From Candidatus Poribacteria bacterium (GTDB lineage Bacteria; Poribacteria; WGA-4E; WGA-3G): DNA of 64,000 nt. Positions 8,538 through 17,290 of this stretch are shown here, in pieces (the stretch's first letter is position 1; the number at the start of each line of letters is the position of its first letter). The DNA lies in NCBI GenBank assembly GCA_963665235.2, contig CAXXLX010000001.1:3230031-3294030 (forward strand). The letters are read 5' to 3'. A program made the translations under genes and the position numbers. Under the pieces are notes generated by a model. The model was not told where the DNA came from, did not search any database, and worked only from the letters and a program-made list of their open reading frames with translations.

Positions 8538-9452
8538 ATGCAATACAATAAAACCGAGCGAACTTTTGATTGTGAACCCACGCTCACCGATACACAGGTA
8601 CTACAGTTCTGTAGAGATGGCTACCTACACCTCCAAGGGGTCGTCCCTGATGAGATAAACCAACGCACCTACGATTATCTGAACGGCGACATCCCAATCA
8701 ATCCGAGTTATATCCCCGATGGAATGACACACGCCGATTTAGAACGAATTCGGGATACACACGAACCGAGCTCTATTTTACTTGAGGACTGGTACATTGC
8801 CCACGTCCTTCTCAACCCGGAGCTTGCCGGGGTATTGCGGTCTCTGCTAGGTAAGCACATCGGATTACCTGTGCTGGTGAGCAATCATCGGGTTGAATGT
8901 CCGATGCACGCCCAAGCGTGGCATTACGATGCCGATTGCCTTTTCGGTCCGGAGACCAATTTCTTAGAGGTCTTCTATTTTCCACAAGACACACCCATAG
9001 AAATGGGACCGACAGAACTACTTCCCGGTTCACATATTTCCCCAAAAAACCGAGACATAACAGAAAAAGGCACCGCAAGCGATGGGCCAGCGGGTTCATT
9101 CGTTATCCACTCACAGAGTATCATGCATCGGCGCGGGGAGTCTACCGCCACCGGATTACGACACATGCTCAAATACAGTTATTGGCGAACAGTCCCACCG
9201 ACACGCGACTGGATACAGGACCCAGATTTCGACTTTCAGCGGGCCCCTTATGGCGGACACGGTGTCGCCCAATATGTTGCTCACATGTTCTATTGGTTAT
9301 GCGGAAAAGGCGAGGAATTTCGCATCATCGGCGGACAGGCGTGGCCCTGGCGCAGCGAAAACCAGATCGGCCCCTCCTACGGATTTGGACATGCAACAGG
9401 ATATTTACCCAATTGGCGCAAAAATAATCCTGATGAGTATGCTGTTGGATAG
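8538..9452 (+). CDS. Phytanoyl-CoA dioxygenase (PhyH) family Fe(II)/2-oxoglutarate oxygenase
   Basis: 304 aa with FCRDGYLHLQGVVPDE, WHYDAD (HxD) and a distal His in SIMHRRGE. Confidence 0.7.
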   Translation: MQYNKTERTFDCEPTLTDTQVLQFCRDGYLHLQGVVPDEINQRTYDYLNGDIPINPSYIPDGMTHADLERIRDTHEPSSILLEDWYIAHVLLNPELAGVLRSLLGKHIGLPVLVSNHRVECPMHAQAWHYDADCLFGPETNFLEVFYFPQDTPIEMGPTELLPGSHISPKNRDITEKGTASDGPAGSFVIHSQSIMHRRGESTATGLRHMLKYSYWRTVPPTRDWIQDPDFDFQRAPYGGHGVAQYVAHMFYWLCGKGEEFRIIGGQAWPWRSENQIGPSYGFGHATGYLPNWRKNNPDEYAVG

Positions 9453-9479
9453 TCTATCGCTTTGATGTGAGGAGCTCTC

Positions 9480-10877
9480 ATGCGCCGGTATAGCATTCAG
9501 ACCAAAATTGTGCTCCCCTTTTTGCTTCTTTTCGCACTTGTGACCCTCGGTATACCGTTGATGACAGCGGAAATCTTCGCGTGGAAATATAACGAACAGT
9601 TCATACGCGAAACGCAAGAGTGGCTCAACATAATTCGCAAAACCGGGTTTATTCAAGATGCCGAAAAGGTCAAGCAGGCGTACAGCGTAGAGGTGATGGT
9701 ATTCGGCTCAGATTACACACTCAATGCAACTACCCTTACCATTCCATCTCGTACCGGAGAAAATTGGCAATCTCTCCCTGATAAAATGAAACTCCCGCAG
9801 GTAGCCGAACGGTTGAAGCAGGCGAATAAGACTCCTATCGTCCAAGATGTTACGCTCGGTGGCAAACCGTATAAAGCCTTTTATCTCTTACTACCGCTCG
9901 GACGGCTCTACTGTTTATTGCGTCCCATGGATGACATCGCTGCAGCAAAGCGGACCCTCACGTGGTATATGCTAGGCATCGCGCTGATTGTTAGCGGTTT
10001 AGTTGCCCTCATCAGTCATCTCATCGGGAAAAATTTAATAGGCCCAATAAAAACGTTAGTCCGTTTTACAACGAAGGTCGCAGCGGGAAACCTTGACGAG
10101 CAGTGTGAAATTACAACACAAGATGAAATACGGGATTTGGCGGTGGCGTTTAATCAGATGACGCTGGACCTGAAACAGTCAAGGGATAAACTGATTCAAG
10201 CCGAACGGCTTGCAACAGCAGGAAAAATGTCAGCCTCGTTCGCTCACGAAATCCGTAACCCCCTATCGTCTATGCGGATGCTAGCACAGATGTTAATGCA
10301 AAAACCGGAAATGTCCACCGAACAACATCAGCAATCGCTACAGTATATCCTCGAGGAGATTGAACAGATTGATGGTATCGTCAAAGGCTTGATGGATTTT
10401 GCTCGGCCCGCAACGCTTAACCTTGTGCAGCAACCCCTTGACCGGACACTAAAAGCCGTTTTAGCCTTGATGGAGGCAAACTTAGCACATCACAAAATTC
10501 AGCTAGTATTAGAACTGGCACCCGCCCCCTCTGAGATTCAGTTTGATTCTGATAAATTGAAACAAGCCGTTATGAATGTTGTGCTAAATGCAATGGAAGC
10601 GATGCCACAAGGCGGCACATTAACGCTGTCTACAGTCGAAGAAGGGGGGGAGATATGCATCAAAATTAAGGATACAGGTACCGGTATCCCCGACGCGGAT
10701 ATGGCACATCTGTTTGAACCGTTCTTTACTCGAAAAACGAAGGGAGTAGGGCTCGGGTTAGCAAACGTTAAACGTATTCTTGAAGAGCATGGTGGGGACG
10801 TGAAGATTGAAAGCACACTCGGTGAAGGCACTACGGTTTCAATGCAGTTGCCAATGAATACCCCCGGCCCCTCATAG
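9480..10877 (+). CDS. Sensor histidine kinase (two TM segments, HAMP, HisKA, HATPase_c)
   Basis: 465 aa with H-box SFAHEIRNPLSS, N-box VVLNAMEAM, G1 DTGTGI and G2 GVGLGLA. No adjacent response regulator is present. Confidence 0.9.
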   Translation: MRRYSIQTKIVLPFLLLFALVTLGIPLMTAEIFAWKYNEQFIRETQEWLNIIRKTGFIQDAEKVKQAYSVEVMVFGSDYTLNATTLTIPSRTGENWQSLPDKMKLPQVAERLKQANKTPIVQDVTLGGKPYKAFYLLLPLGRLYCLLRPMDDIAAAKRTLTWYMLGIALIVSGLVALISHLIGKNLIGPIKTLVRFTTKVAAGNLDEQCEITTQDEIRDLAVAFNQMTLDLKQSRDKLIQAERLATAGKMSASFAHEIRNPLSSMRMLAQMLMQKPEMSTEQHQQSLQYILEEIEQIDGIVKGLMDFARPATLNLVQQPLDRTLKAVLALMEANLAHHKIQLVLELAPAPSEIQFDSDKLKQAVMNVVLNAMEAMPQGGTLTLSTVEEGGEICIKIKDTGTGIPDADMAHLFEPFFTRKTKGVGLGLANVKRILEEHGGDVKIESTLGEGTTVSMQLPMNTPGPS

Positions 10878-11101
10878 ACGCGCTGACAGATTCGAAATAT
10901 CAGCGAACCTATGAAACAGACTCTAACCATTCAATAGCTACCTGTTCACCCTGCTCGATTGCGATTTCGACAGCGCGTTTGGCATGTTCCAAAAGGTCTT
11001 TTGTCTGATTGTGTCTGTTATGAGAAAAAAGGTAAATTACAACGTTTTTCTACGTCCCATTTTAATTTGCCATAGTGCAATTTTTCATGTTACAATTAGA
11101 A

Positions 11102-11367
11102 ACGTGAGTTTGAAAAAAGTTTTCCCCTAGTATGAGAAGCAGGCAACCGTTTGCCCGAATATTGGGCGAGAAGTTCGCTCCTTAGGGACGATATGTTTAT
11201 AGGCCTCTGGGTTTCTGCCCGTCTCTTAGTCCCGTAGGGACGATATGTTTATAGAAGGTCCGTTTCCACCCCAACTTAGTCCCAGTATTCGGGCAAGCAG
11301 CCCGCTCTTTAAGGACGATATGTTTATAGAGGTTACGGCAAGCGGACATTTATTATCAAGCTCACGT
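11102..11367. mobile_element. MITE-A copy 2 (266 bp, long form) with a perfect 8-bp TSD AATTAGAA, inserted directly against the TnpB element right end
   Basis: The ends are ACGTGAGTTTGAAAAAAGTTTTC... and ...GGACATTTATTATCAAGCTCACGT. AATTAGAA occurs at 11094-11101 and 11368-11375. Its interior carries three hairpin units (...GGGACGATATGTTTATAGA). Confidence 0.8.
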
Positions 11368-11560
11368 AATTAGAAGTTGACATACTCCCCCAGCTAAAGC
11401 AAGGGGGATTCTTTTGAAAGTGAATCCCATGCTCTCTGGTGCGGATTGTGGGGTATAGACTTCGGGTGAAGTCTGCGAGGGCTGCTCGCAATAGCAAGAC
11501 TGACATCCTCTAATCCAAAGGTTGATGCCCCAACCTTTAAAATATTTATGGCAGCGTTAA
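11356..11560 (-). ncRNA. Predicted TnpB omega-RNA (reRNA): a scaffold overlapping the tnpB 3' end and right end, plus ~20 nt of flanking guide
   Basis: The position follows established IS605 TnpB biology. Several hairpins are visible on the minus strand: GACTTC-ACCC-GAAGTC (11458-11473), GGGATTC...GAATCCC (11405-11428) and TCCCCC...GGGGGA (11386-11408). The last ~35 nt are conserved in the second, decayed element at 25096-25130. Confidence 0.4.
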
Positions 11561-12596
11561 CGTCCCGATGGTGTTTCTGCGCGCAAGTAGAACAACACCA
11601 TTGACGAACAGACAAGTCCAGCTGCTGTTTTCGCTGTCCACAGTGGCTACAAGTCTTAGAAGTCGGTTCAAAACGGTCAATATAGTGAACCTCTTTACCG
11701 TGTTTGACCGCTTGATGTTGCAACTTTTGATGAAACGAGTAGGGCGCAATATCAGAAACTTGACGACCCCAGATGCGTTTCATCCCCTCAAAAGTCAACG
11801 TCTCAAAACAGAGGTCATCGTGTTCATGCACAAAACGCTTCGCGAGTTTCCAATGATGATCCTCACGTTGTCTCTTGATTTTACGGTGTTTGCGTGCCAC
11901 ATCTAAGCGGGAACGCTCACAGTTGTTGCTACCCTTTACTTTCTTAGCATGGGCACGTTGTGCCACAGACAAATCCGCCATAGAGGTTTTATAGAACTCA
12001 GGAGACGCATATTCTGTGCCATCGGAACAGGTGAACATCGTTTTGATACCGAAATCATACCCTGCAGCACTACCCGTCTTAGGTAGGATTTCAGATACGG
12101 TGTCATCTGTTACAACACACATATAGAAGTCACCAACGCTATCTGCTTTGATAGTGACTGTCTTAATATTACCTACTATCTCGCGGCTTAGATTAAACCG
12201 ATATTGTTTTTCCATTATACGGACCCTATCACCATAGAAACTATAGCCAGAGGGGGACATTGTGAATGAATACGGTTTGCGCCATGAACGAAACTTAGGC
12301 GGACGCTTCGCAATACACTTAAAAAAACGCTGATACCCGGTGTCTAAACGCCGCAGTATATCACGCGCCGCCCAAGAGTCTAACTCACGCCAGTGCGAAA
12401 ACACTTCAGGATGTGAGTTCCTAAGGACGGTAAAGGCACGCGACATCTCAGGAAGCGACATATACGCAAGACCAAGAGAATAGCGCGTCCGCTGCCAACC
12501 TAAAAAATAGTTCCAAACATCATGGGCCACCCACGTTAAACGCTTGAGATTACGATTACGCGGGGCACGAAAAAGTTTGTATTTTGTGGTATACAT
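11394..12596 (-). CDS. tnpB: RNA-guided endonuclease TnpB (IS605 OrfB family), apparently intact
   Basis: 400 aa. The RuvC triad is visible: D in AAGYDFGIK, E in LCFETLTFEG and D in HHRDVNAAINIL. The zinc ribbon is CSHCG...CCSTC. Confidence 0.9.
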   Translation of the reverse strand: MYTTKYKLFRAPRNRNLKRLTWVAHDVWNYFLGWQRTRYSLGLAYMSLPEMSRAFTVLRNSHPEVFSHWRELDSWAARDILRRLDTGYQRFFKCIAKRPPKFRSWRKPYSFTMSPSGYSFYGDRVRIMEKQYRFNLSREIVGNIKTVTIKADSVGDFYMCVVTDDTVSEILPKTGSAAGYDFGIKTMFTCSDGTEYASPEFYKTSMADLSVAQRAHAKKVKGSNNCERSRLDVARKHRKIKRQREDHHWKLAKRFVHEHDDLCFETLTFEGMKRIWGRQVSDIAPYSFHQKLQHQAVKHGKEVHYIDRFEPTSKTCSHCGQRKQQLDLSVRQWCCSTCAQKHHRDVNAAINILKVGASTFGLEDVSLAIASSPRRLHPKSIPHNPHQRAWDSLSKESPLL

Positions 12597-12683
12597 CTAA
12601 GGGTATCCTGCCTTGAAAAGTTGCTACCTGCCTCTAAAAAGGGGCGGAGAAGTCTATAGATTCTCCGCTAAGGCATTAAATAG

Positions 12684-12712
12684 AGTATACCCCATTTTTC
12701 AGGAAAAGTCAA
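12684..12712 (-). promoter_or_regulatory. Sigma-70-type promoter for tnpB inside the left end
   Basis: The minus strand reads TTGACT, a 17-nt spacer, then TATACT. A near-identical TTGACTTTTGGTCTAAAATGTGGTATACT precedes the tnpB pseudogene near 24151-24180. Confidence 0.55.
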
Positions 12713-12963
12713 ATTAAAATTTCAACTCATGCGCCGCTACTACATCCCCCAGCTAAAGCATGGGGGTTTTGTAGCGGAAGATTTGATAAACAAAACCGAT
12801 ATTAAAATTTGAGATTATCAATTTAAAAATTTGCTATGCACTTGAACTATCCCGGAGACGAGGTGAGTCGTATTCTCACGAATTTCAGGTTCAATAATAA
12901 ACAGCCATTCGTTGGGGTATTTTTTAGACATTTTGAAATTCACTGCTCAGAGCAGGTCTGTCG

Positions 12964-13398
12964 CTAGAGCTCAACAACGATGTACTGCTGTTCAACTGTA
13001 ACCGGAAACGTATCTGCAACATAGGGCCCCTTTCCTGGTCCGGCATCGAACGTATCAATATCCTTCCCGCTTGCCACGTGTACGTCGTACTGACGCACCC
13101 GTTTCTGTGTAGGGTTCCACCAGGATTGCCCAGTTTTGATATCAAATTCCCAGCCGTGCCAGGGACATCGAAGAATTTCACCTCTGCGTGTATAGGTATA
13201 GGTGCCTGGAGCTGGTGACTCTAGCAACCCGGTGATAAGTCCTTTACATAGCGGGCCGCCTTGGTGTGGACAACTGTTGCGTATCGCGAAAAATTCACCC
13301 TTGATATTAAAAATGCCGATGGAACGTCCGCCAATGTCGACAACTTTACGTTCACCGGGGGGAATTTCATCTACAGTTGCAACCACGTATTTAGCCAT
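12964..13398 (-). CDS. Rieske [2Fe-2S] domain protein
   Basis: CPHQGGPL...CPWHGWEF. The start is taken at MAKYVVATVDE, because the longer listed ORF (to 13533) runs through a tRNA gene. Confidence 0.8.
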   Translation of the reverse strand: MAKYVVATVDEIPPGERKVVDIGGRSIGIFNIKGEFFAIRNSCPHQGGPLCKGLITGLLESPAPGTYTYTRRGEILRCPWHGWEFDIKTGQSWWNPTQKRVRQYDVHVASGKDIDTFDAGPGKGPYVADTFPVTVEQQYIVVEL

Positions 13399-13463
13399 AT
13401 CTCTCTTTTTTGGGAGGAAGTGTGTCCGATTACGTCCGCTTTCTATAAAACTGATGGGAACGA

Positions 13464-13536
13464 TGGGGTGTACTGGATTTGAACCAGTGACTTCTACCGT
13501 GTGAAGGTAGCGCTCGTACCCCTGAGCTAACACCCC
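13464..13536 (-). tRNA. tRNA-Val (anticodon CAC)
   Basis: The minus strand reads GGGGTGTTAGCTCAGGGGTACGAGCGCTACCTTCACACGGTAGAAGTCACTGGTTCAAATCCAGTACACCCCA. It folds into a cloverleaf with anticodon loop TTCACAC and a GGTTCAAATCC T-arm. CCA is not encoded. Confidence 0.85.
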
Positions 13537-13547
13537 GTCGTGAAAGA

Positions 13548-13620
13548 TGGGCCCACTAGGACTCGAACCTAGGACCAGCCGGTTATGAGCCGGCGGCTCT
13601 GACCACTGAGCTATGGGCCC
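13548..13620 (-). tRNA. tRNA with anticodon CAT: elongator tRNA-Met, or possibly tRNA-Ile2
   Basis: The minus strand reads GGGCCCATAGCTCAGTGGTCAGAGCCGCCGGCTCATAACCGGCTGGTCCTAGGTTCGAGTCCTAGTGGGCCCA. The 1:72 base pair is G:C, so it is not an initiator tRNA. Confidence 0.8.
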
Positions 13621-13635
13621 GTGTGCTTTTAATTA

Positions 13636-13664
13636 ATTATACCCTATTTTTGATTAAAAATCAA
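13636..13664 (-). promoter_or_regulatory. Promoter of the tRNA-Met/tRNA-Val pair
   Basis: The minus strand reads TTGATT, a 17-nt spacer, then TATAAT. It shares the block AAAAATAGGGTATAAT with the tRNA-Gly promoter. Confidence 0.6.
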
Positions 13665-13671
13665 GATTTTT

Positions 13672-15264
13672 TCAATCGACGAAACCGCGTAGGCGATGAC
13701 TGCGAACTGGGTGTCGAAGTTTTCGGAGGGCTTTCGCCTCAATTTGACGAATCCGTTCCCGGGTGACATCAAAGACAACCCCGACTTCTTCAAGGGTTTT
13801 CGGGTATCCTGTCGTAATACAAAGCGCAGCGATTCGTTGCCGCGTCGTTTCAGACAGCAACGGCCGCTTGGAGTCGTCTTCAATTCCGAATCGCAGAATA
13901 ATGACCTCGCGTTCCCGTTCAGATAGGTCGGCGAGAACATCTTGGATGCGCTCCTTGAGAATCGTTAGCTCCGCCTCCGTTGTTGGCGATGGTACAGTAG
14001 TATCTTCAATGAAATCGCCTAATTCGCTGTCGTCGTCATCGTCTCCAATGGGGGTTTCCAAAGAGACTGTCTCTGGCACGATACTCAAAACTTCTCTGAC
14101 TTTATCAGCAGAGATTTTCATATCCTCCCCGATTTCTTCAGGGGTCGGCCGCCGCCCTAATTCCTGAAGCAGAGAACGCTCCACGCGCTTGAGCTTATTT
14201 ACTCTTTCATGCATGTGCACAGGAATACGGATTGTACGCCCCTGGTCGGCTATGGCGCGCGTAATACCCTGACGAATCCACCAGGTGGCGTAAGTACTGA
14301 ACTTAAAACCGCGCTGATAATCGAATTTATCGACAGCTCTCATCAGTCCAATGCTGCCCTCCTGAATCAGATCGAGGAATTCAAGCCCAGGTGCTTGGTG
14401 CTTGTACTTTTTTGCAATGTTGACCACTAAACGAAGGTTTGCCTCGACGATGGCATTTTTGGCACCTTGGGCACTGGCTTCCCCACTGCTGATTTGGTCG
14501 GCAAGCTCCTGAAGCGTCTCTTTCGAAATGCCGACAGCGTTAATCCGTTGTTGGATTTCGCGCTGATACCGAACGATAGATATATACGCCTGCTTCGCAG
14601 CAACTGTCTCGAGCTTGTGCTTCCGGGTATCAAGCCGGCCGGTGCGCCAGACATCCGGAATATCATGTGTTTTCTGGAGTTCAGCGATTTTTGCTTCGCG
14701 CTCCCGGATATCCAGAGCCACCTCTTTGACCCGGCCCGAAATTTTACTAATCTCTTCAGGGTCAATCTTCAGCTGTTGTAGGAGTTTGACGAAATCGGCG
14801 CAACTCCCGACCGATTCAGGGTGCCCGTCATCCTTTGCAGCGGTGACGTATTTCAATTCTAAATTTTCGAGCCGCTGCATTGACTTCTTCACCTTTTCGC
14901 GAAGTTTCTTTTCTTTGTTCCGGGTGGAAGTGCTGGAAACAGCCATATCGATAATATCAGAGGCACGCTTTTTAGCTGTGATAATTTTGTAAAGAAGCTT
15001 CCGCACTTCCGCGACAGCAAAGCGTGCTCCAAAGGTCGCCACTTGTGCCTCATGTAACCCTACCTCGATCTGCTGCGATAATTTGACCTCCTCTTTTTTA
15101 TCAAGTAACGGAATTTTCCCAATATCGCGCAGATAAACCCTAATCAGGTCTTCGCGTTCATTCACTTCTCCTGGAGAAAATTCGGGCATCTTGTCAGCAT
15201 GTTCGAGGTCATCCGAACTATTATCTTCAGACAAATCAAGTGGAAACGTATTTCTGAAATTCAT
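13672..15264 (-). CDS. rpoD: Primary RNA polymerase sigma factor (sigma-70)
   Basis: 530 aa with region 2 [27 protein letters not shown] and region 4 [20 protein letters not shown]. It lies downstream of dnaG. About 22 extra residues sit between regions 4.1 and 4.2. Confidence 0.95.
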   Translation of the reverse strand: MNFRNTFPLDLSEDNSSDDLEHADKMPEFSPGEVNEREDLIRVYLRDIGKIPLLDKKEEVKLSQQIEVGLHEAQVATFGARFAVAEVRKLLYKIITAKKRASDIIDMAVSSTSTRNKEKKLREKVKKSMQRLENLELKYVTAAKDDGHPESVGSCADFVKLLQQLKIDPEEISKISGRVKEVALDIREREAKIAELQKTHDIPDVWRTGRLDTRKHKLETVAAKQAYISIVRYQREIQQRINAVGISKETLQELADQISSGEASAQGAKNAIVEANLRLVVNIAKKYKHQAPGLEFLDLIQEGSIGLMRAVDKFDYQRGFKFSTYATWWIRQGITRAIADQGRTIRIPVHMHERVNKLKRVERSLLQELGRRPTPEEIGEDMKISADKVREVLSIVPETVSLETPIGDDDDDSELGDFIEDTTVPSPTTEAELTILKERIQDVLADLSEREREVIILRFGIEDDSKRPLLSETTRQRIAALCITTGYPKTLEEVGVVFDVTRERIRQIEAKALRKLRHPVRSHRLRGFVD

Positions 15265-15365
15265 GCGTCAACCTCCTTTTCGAGTATAGTGTCCTGTCCA
15301 TCCTAAAATTGCGGAGAAGCTATTAACTGAAATTAGACAGCCCCGGCGTGTGCAGTACATATCGC

Positions 15366-17207
15366 TCATTCCGTCACGAGTTCCGAACCCGTTTTATGGA
15401 GCGGCTGAGCACCCAAAGTACGTCTTTGATTAGAGAGTTCCACGAGTGTTCTAAGTGTCTCAATCTCATCATTCCCTTCCGCAATGGCATTTGATCGGAC
15501 CCGTTTTTCAATATCTTGTAGTAGAAAGCCCCTTAGTTTTTTGAGGCAGCCCTGTATCCTCAAAGATAGGTTGGGAATCTGTTTATTGCTCAGGAGGGCA
15601 TTTGAAATCATTCCTTTGAGATTTTCATCCGCGCACGTATTAAGAACGTTTTGGATATCAACAATTTCTTCCTGCTCACTCGCTTCCCAGAGCAATTGTG
15701 CAATTTTTGCAAAATGCGGTTCTGTTAAATCTTGATAACGAAATTGTGTTTTGATGTCAGAGATAAGATGCGGAGCCTGAATTAAAGCCTGGACGAGCTG
15801 TGCCTCAATTTGCCCACGTGGGGACAACTTTTTTTCCACGGGCGCACGTCTCGATACCCGATAGGCAGAAGGAATTTCCTTTAACCCTGATGCACGCAAT
15901 TCCCGCCAAATCAACTCCTCTGCCACATCCAGCTCCCTGACAGTGTACTTAACGTATTCAGCGCGTTCCACCCGATTTTTAATATTAACGAGTGTCTCAC
16001 TAATTTCTTTGATGACTTCCGTTTTGACACCAGGATGCCGAATATTGCGTTGTTGAATTGCCGATTGAATTTGGAATTCAATCAGGTTTATCGATTTGCT
16101 GACCAATTCATTGAACGCTTCAGACCCGTGTGCCTTCACGAACGAATCCGGGTCATCACCTGGCGGCATTAACGCAACGCGTACGCGAAGATTCTCCTCA
16201 AGGAGCTTGTGCAACCCCCGATGCGCAGCTTGTAAACCCGAGGCATCCCCATCGTAAACAAGGATTACCTCAGGCGTGAAACGTTTTAGCAACGCCGCAT
16301 GTCCACCGCTTAACGCTGTCCCTGACGCAGCGATTACGTTTTCAATACCGTGTTGATAGAGCATCAAGGCATCCATGTACCCTTCTACGAGAAGGGCAGA
16401 GCGAGTTTTGGAAATAGATTGCCGCGCTTTGTCAAGATTGTAGAGAATATTACTTTTATTATATAGGACCGTTGCTGGAGAATTCAAGTACTTCGGCTGA
16501 TGTCCTTCGGAGATTGCCCTACCCCCAAACCCGACAGGTACACCGCGCTCATTGCAAATCGGAAAAAGGAGTCTATTCCAAAACCGGTCTTGCGGTCCCT
16601 CGGATTCGTCCTTAATCAACCCGGCATCAACCAATTGCTTAATTGACCACCCTTCATGGGTCGCTGCTTTGACGAGGTCGCGGCGTTCAGGCTTCGCGTA
16701 CCCGAGTTGAAAGAGGCGGAACGTTTGTGGTTGAACCCCCCGGTTTTTGAGATACGCCCGGGCATGCTGCCCAGACTGTCCGGTGCGAAGTTGCTCGTGG
16801 TAATATTTCACAGCAAACCTGTTAAGTTCGCTGAGGTCATTGAATCGCCTTTGCCGCATGGTGGCTTGAGCATCCCGGGTTGGCAGCGGAATATTCGCCC
16901 GGTCCGCAAGCCATTCCAACGCCTCTATGAAGGTTTTCGCTTCATGCTTCTGCAGAAAATTGATGACATTTCCACCTGTTTGACACCCAAAACAGTGGAA
17001 TATCTGCTTCTGGGGTGCCACCGTAAACGAAGGCGTTTTTTCATCGTGAAACGGACAAAGTGCTTTATACTCCGCACCGGCGGGCCGCAACGGAATACCG
17101 CACTCCGATATCACTTCAACGATATCATTCCCAACCCGAATCTGCTCAACAGTTTCAGGCGGAATATACTGTTTTTTTGCGGAAACATTCGCGTTGTGCA
17201 TCGCCAT
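15366..17207 (-). CDS. dnaG: DNA primase
   Basis: 613 aa with zinc finger CPFHDEKTPSFTV...FHCFGCQTGGNVINF and TOPRIM motifs LVEGYMDAL and VYDGDASG. Confidence 0.95.
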   Translation of the reverse strand: MAMHNANVSAKKQYIPPETVEQIRVGNDIVEVISECGIPLRPAGAEYKALCPFHDEKTPSFTVAPQKQIFHCFGCQTGGNVINFLQKHEAKTFIEALEWLADRANIPLPTRDAQATMRQRRFNDLSELNRFAVKYYHEQLRTGQSGQHARAYLKNRGVQPQTFRLFQLGYAKPERRDLVKAATHEGWSIKQLVDAGLIKDESEGPQDRFWNRLLFPICNERGVPVGFGGRAISEGHQPKYLNSPATVLYNKSNILYNLDKARQSISKTRSALLVEGYMDALMLYQHGIENVIAASGTALSGGHAALLKRFTPEVILVYDGDASGLQAAHRGLHKLLEENLRVRVALMPPGDDPDSFVKAHGSEAFNELVSKSINLIEFQIQSAIQQRNIRHPGVKTEVIKEISETLVNIKNRVERAEYVKYTVRELDVAEELIWRELRASGLKEIPSAYRVSRRAPVEKKLSPRGQIEAQLVQALIQAPHLISDIKTQFRYQDLTEPHFAKIAQLLWEASEQEEIVDIQNVLNTCADENLKGMISNALLSNKQIPNLSLRIQGCLKKLRGFLLQDIEKRVRSNAIAEGNDEIETLRTLVELSNQRRTLGAQPLHKTGSELVTE

Positions 17208-17290
17208 GGAAGCCTCTTAAATCAACAGGGTTGGGTCAGCAATGAGATGGACAGACGCATTGCCAACCGTTCACCTATATCGGTAATCTG

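Larger units (their letters stand above)
11376..12777 (-). mobile_element. IS200/IS605-family tnpB-only element (no tnpA)
   Basis: Similar subterminal hairpins sit at both ends. The left-end hairpin is CCGCTACTACATCCCCCAGCTAAAGCATGGGGGTTTTGTAGCGG (12734-12777). The right-end hairpin is TCCCCCAGCTAAAGCAAGGGGGA (11386-11408). The right end ...GAGTATGTCAAC finishes at 11376. The exact left boundary is not determined. Confidence 0.7.

Noticed and set aside
8523-8540. Possible read-through or recoding between 7890-8525 and 8538-9452, which share a frame
   Set aside because: The separating stop is TAA, not TGA. A Shine-Dalgarno-like AAAGGAAAC precedes the second ATG. The two products belong to unrelated families.
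13399-13533. N-terminal extension of the Rieske ORF (listed as 12964-13533)
   Set aside because: The extension runs through tRNA-Val; GSNPV is the translated T-arm. A good internal start, MAKYVV, exists at 13398.
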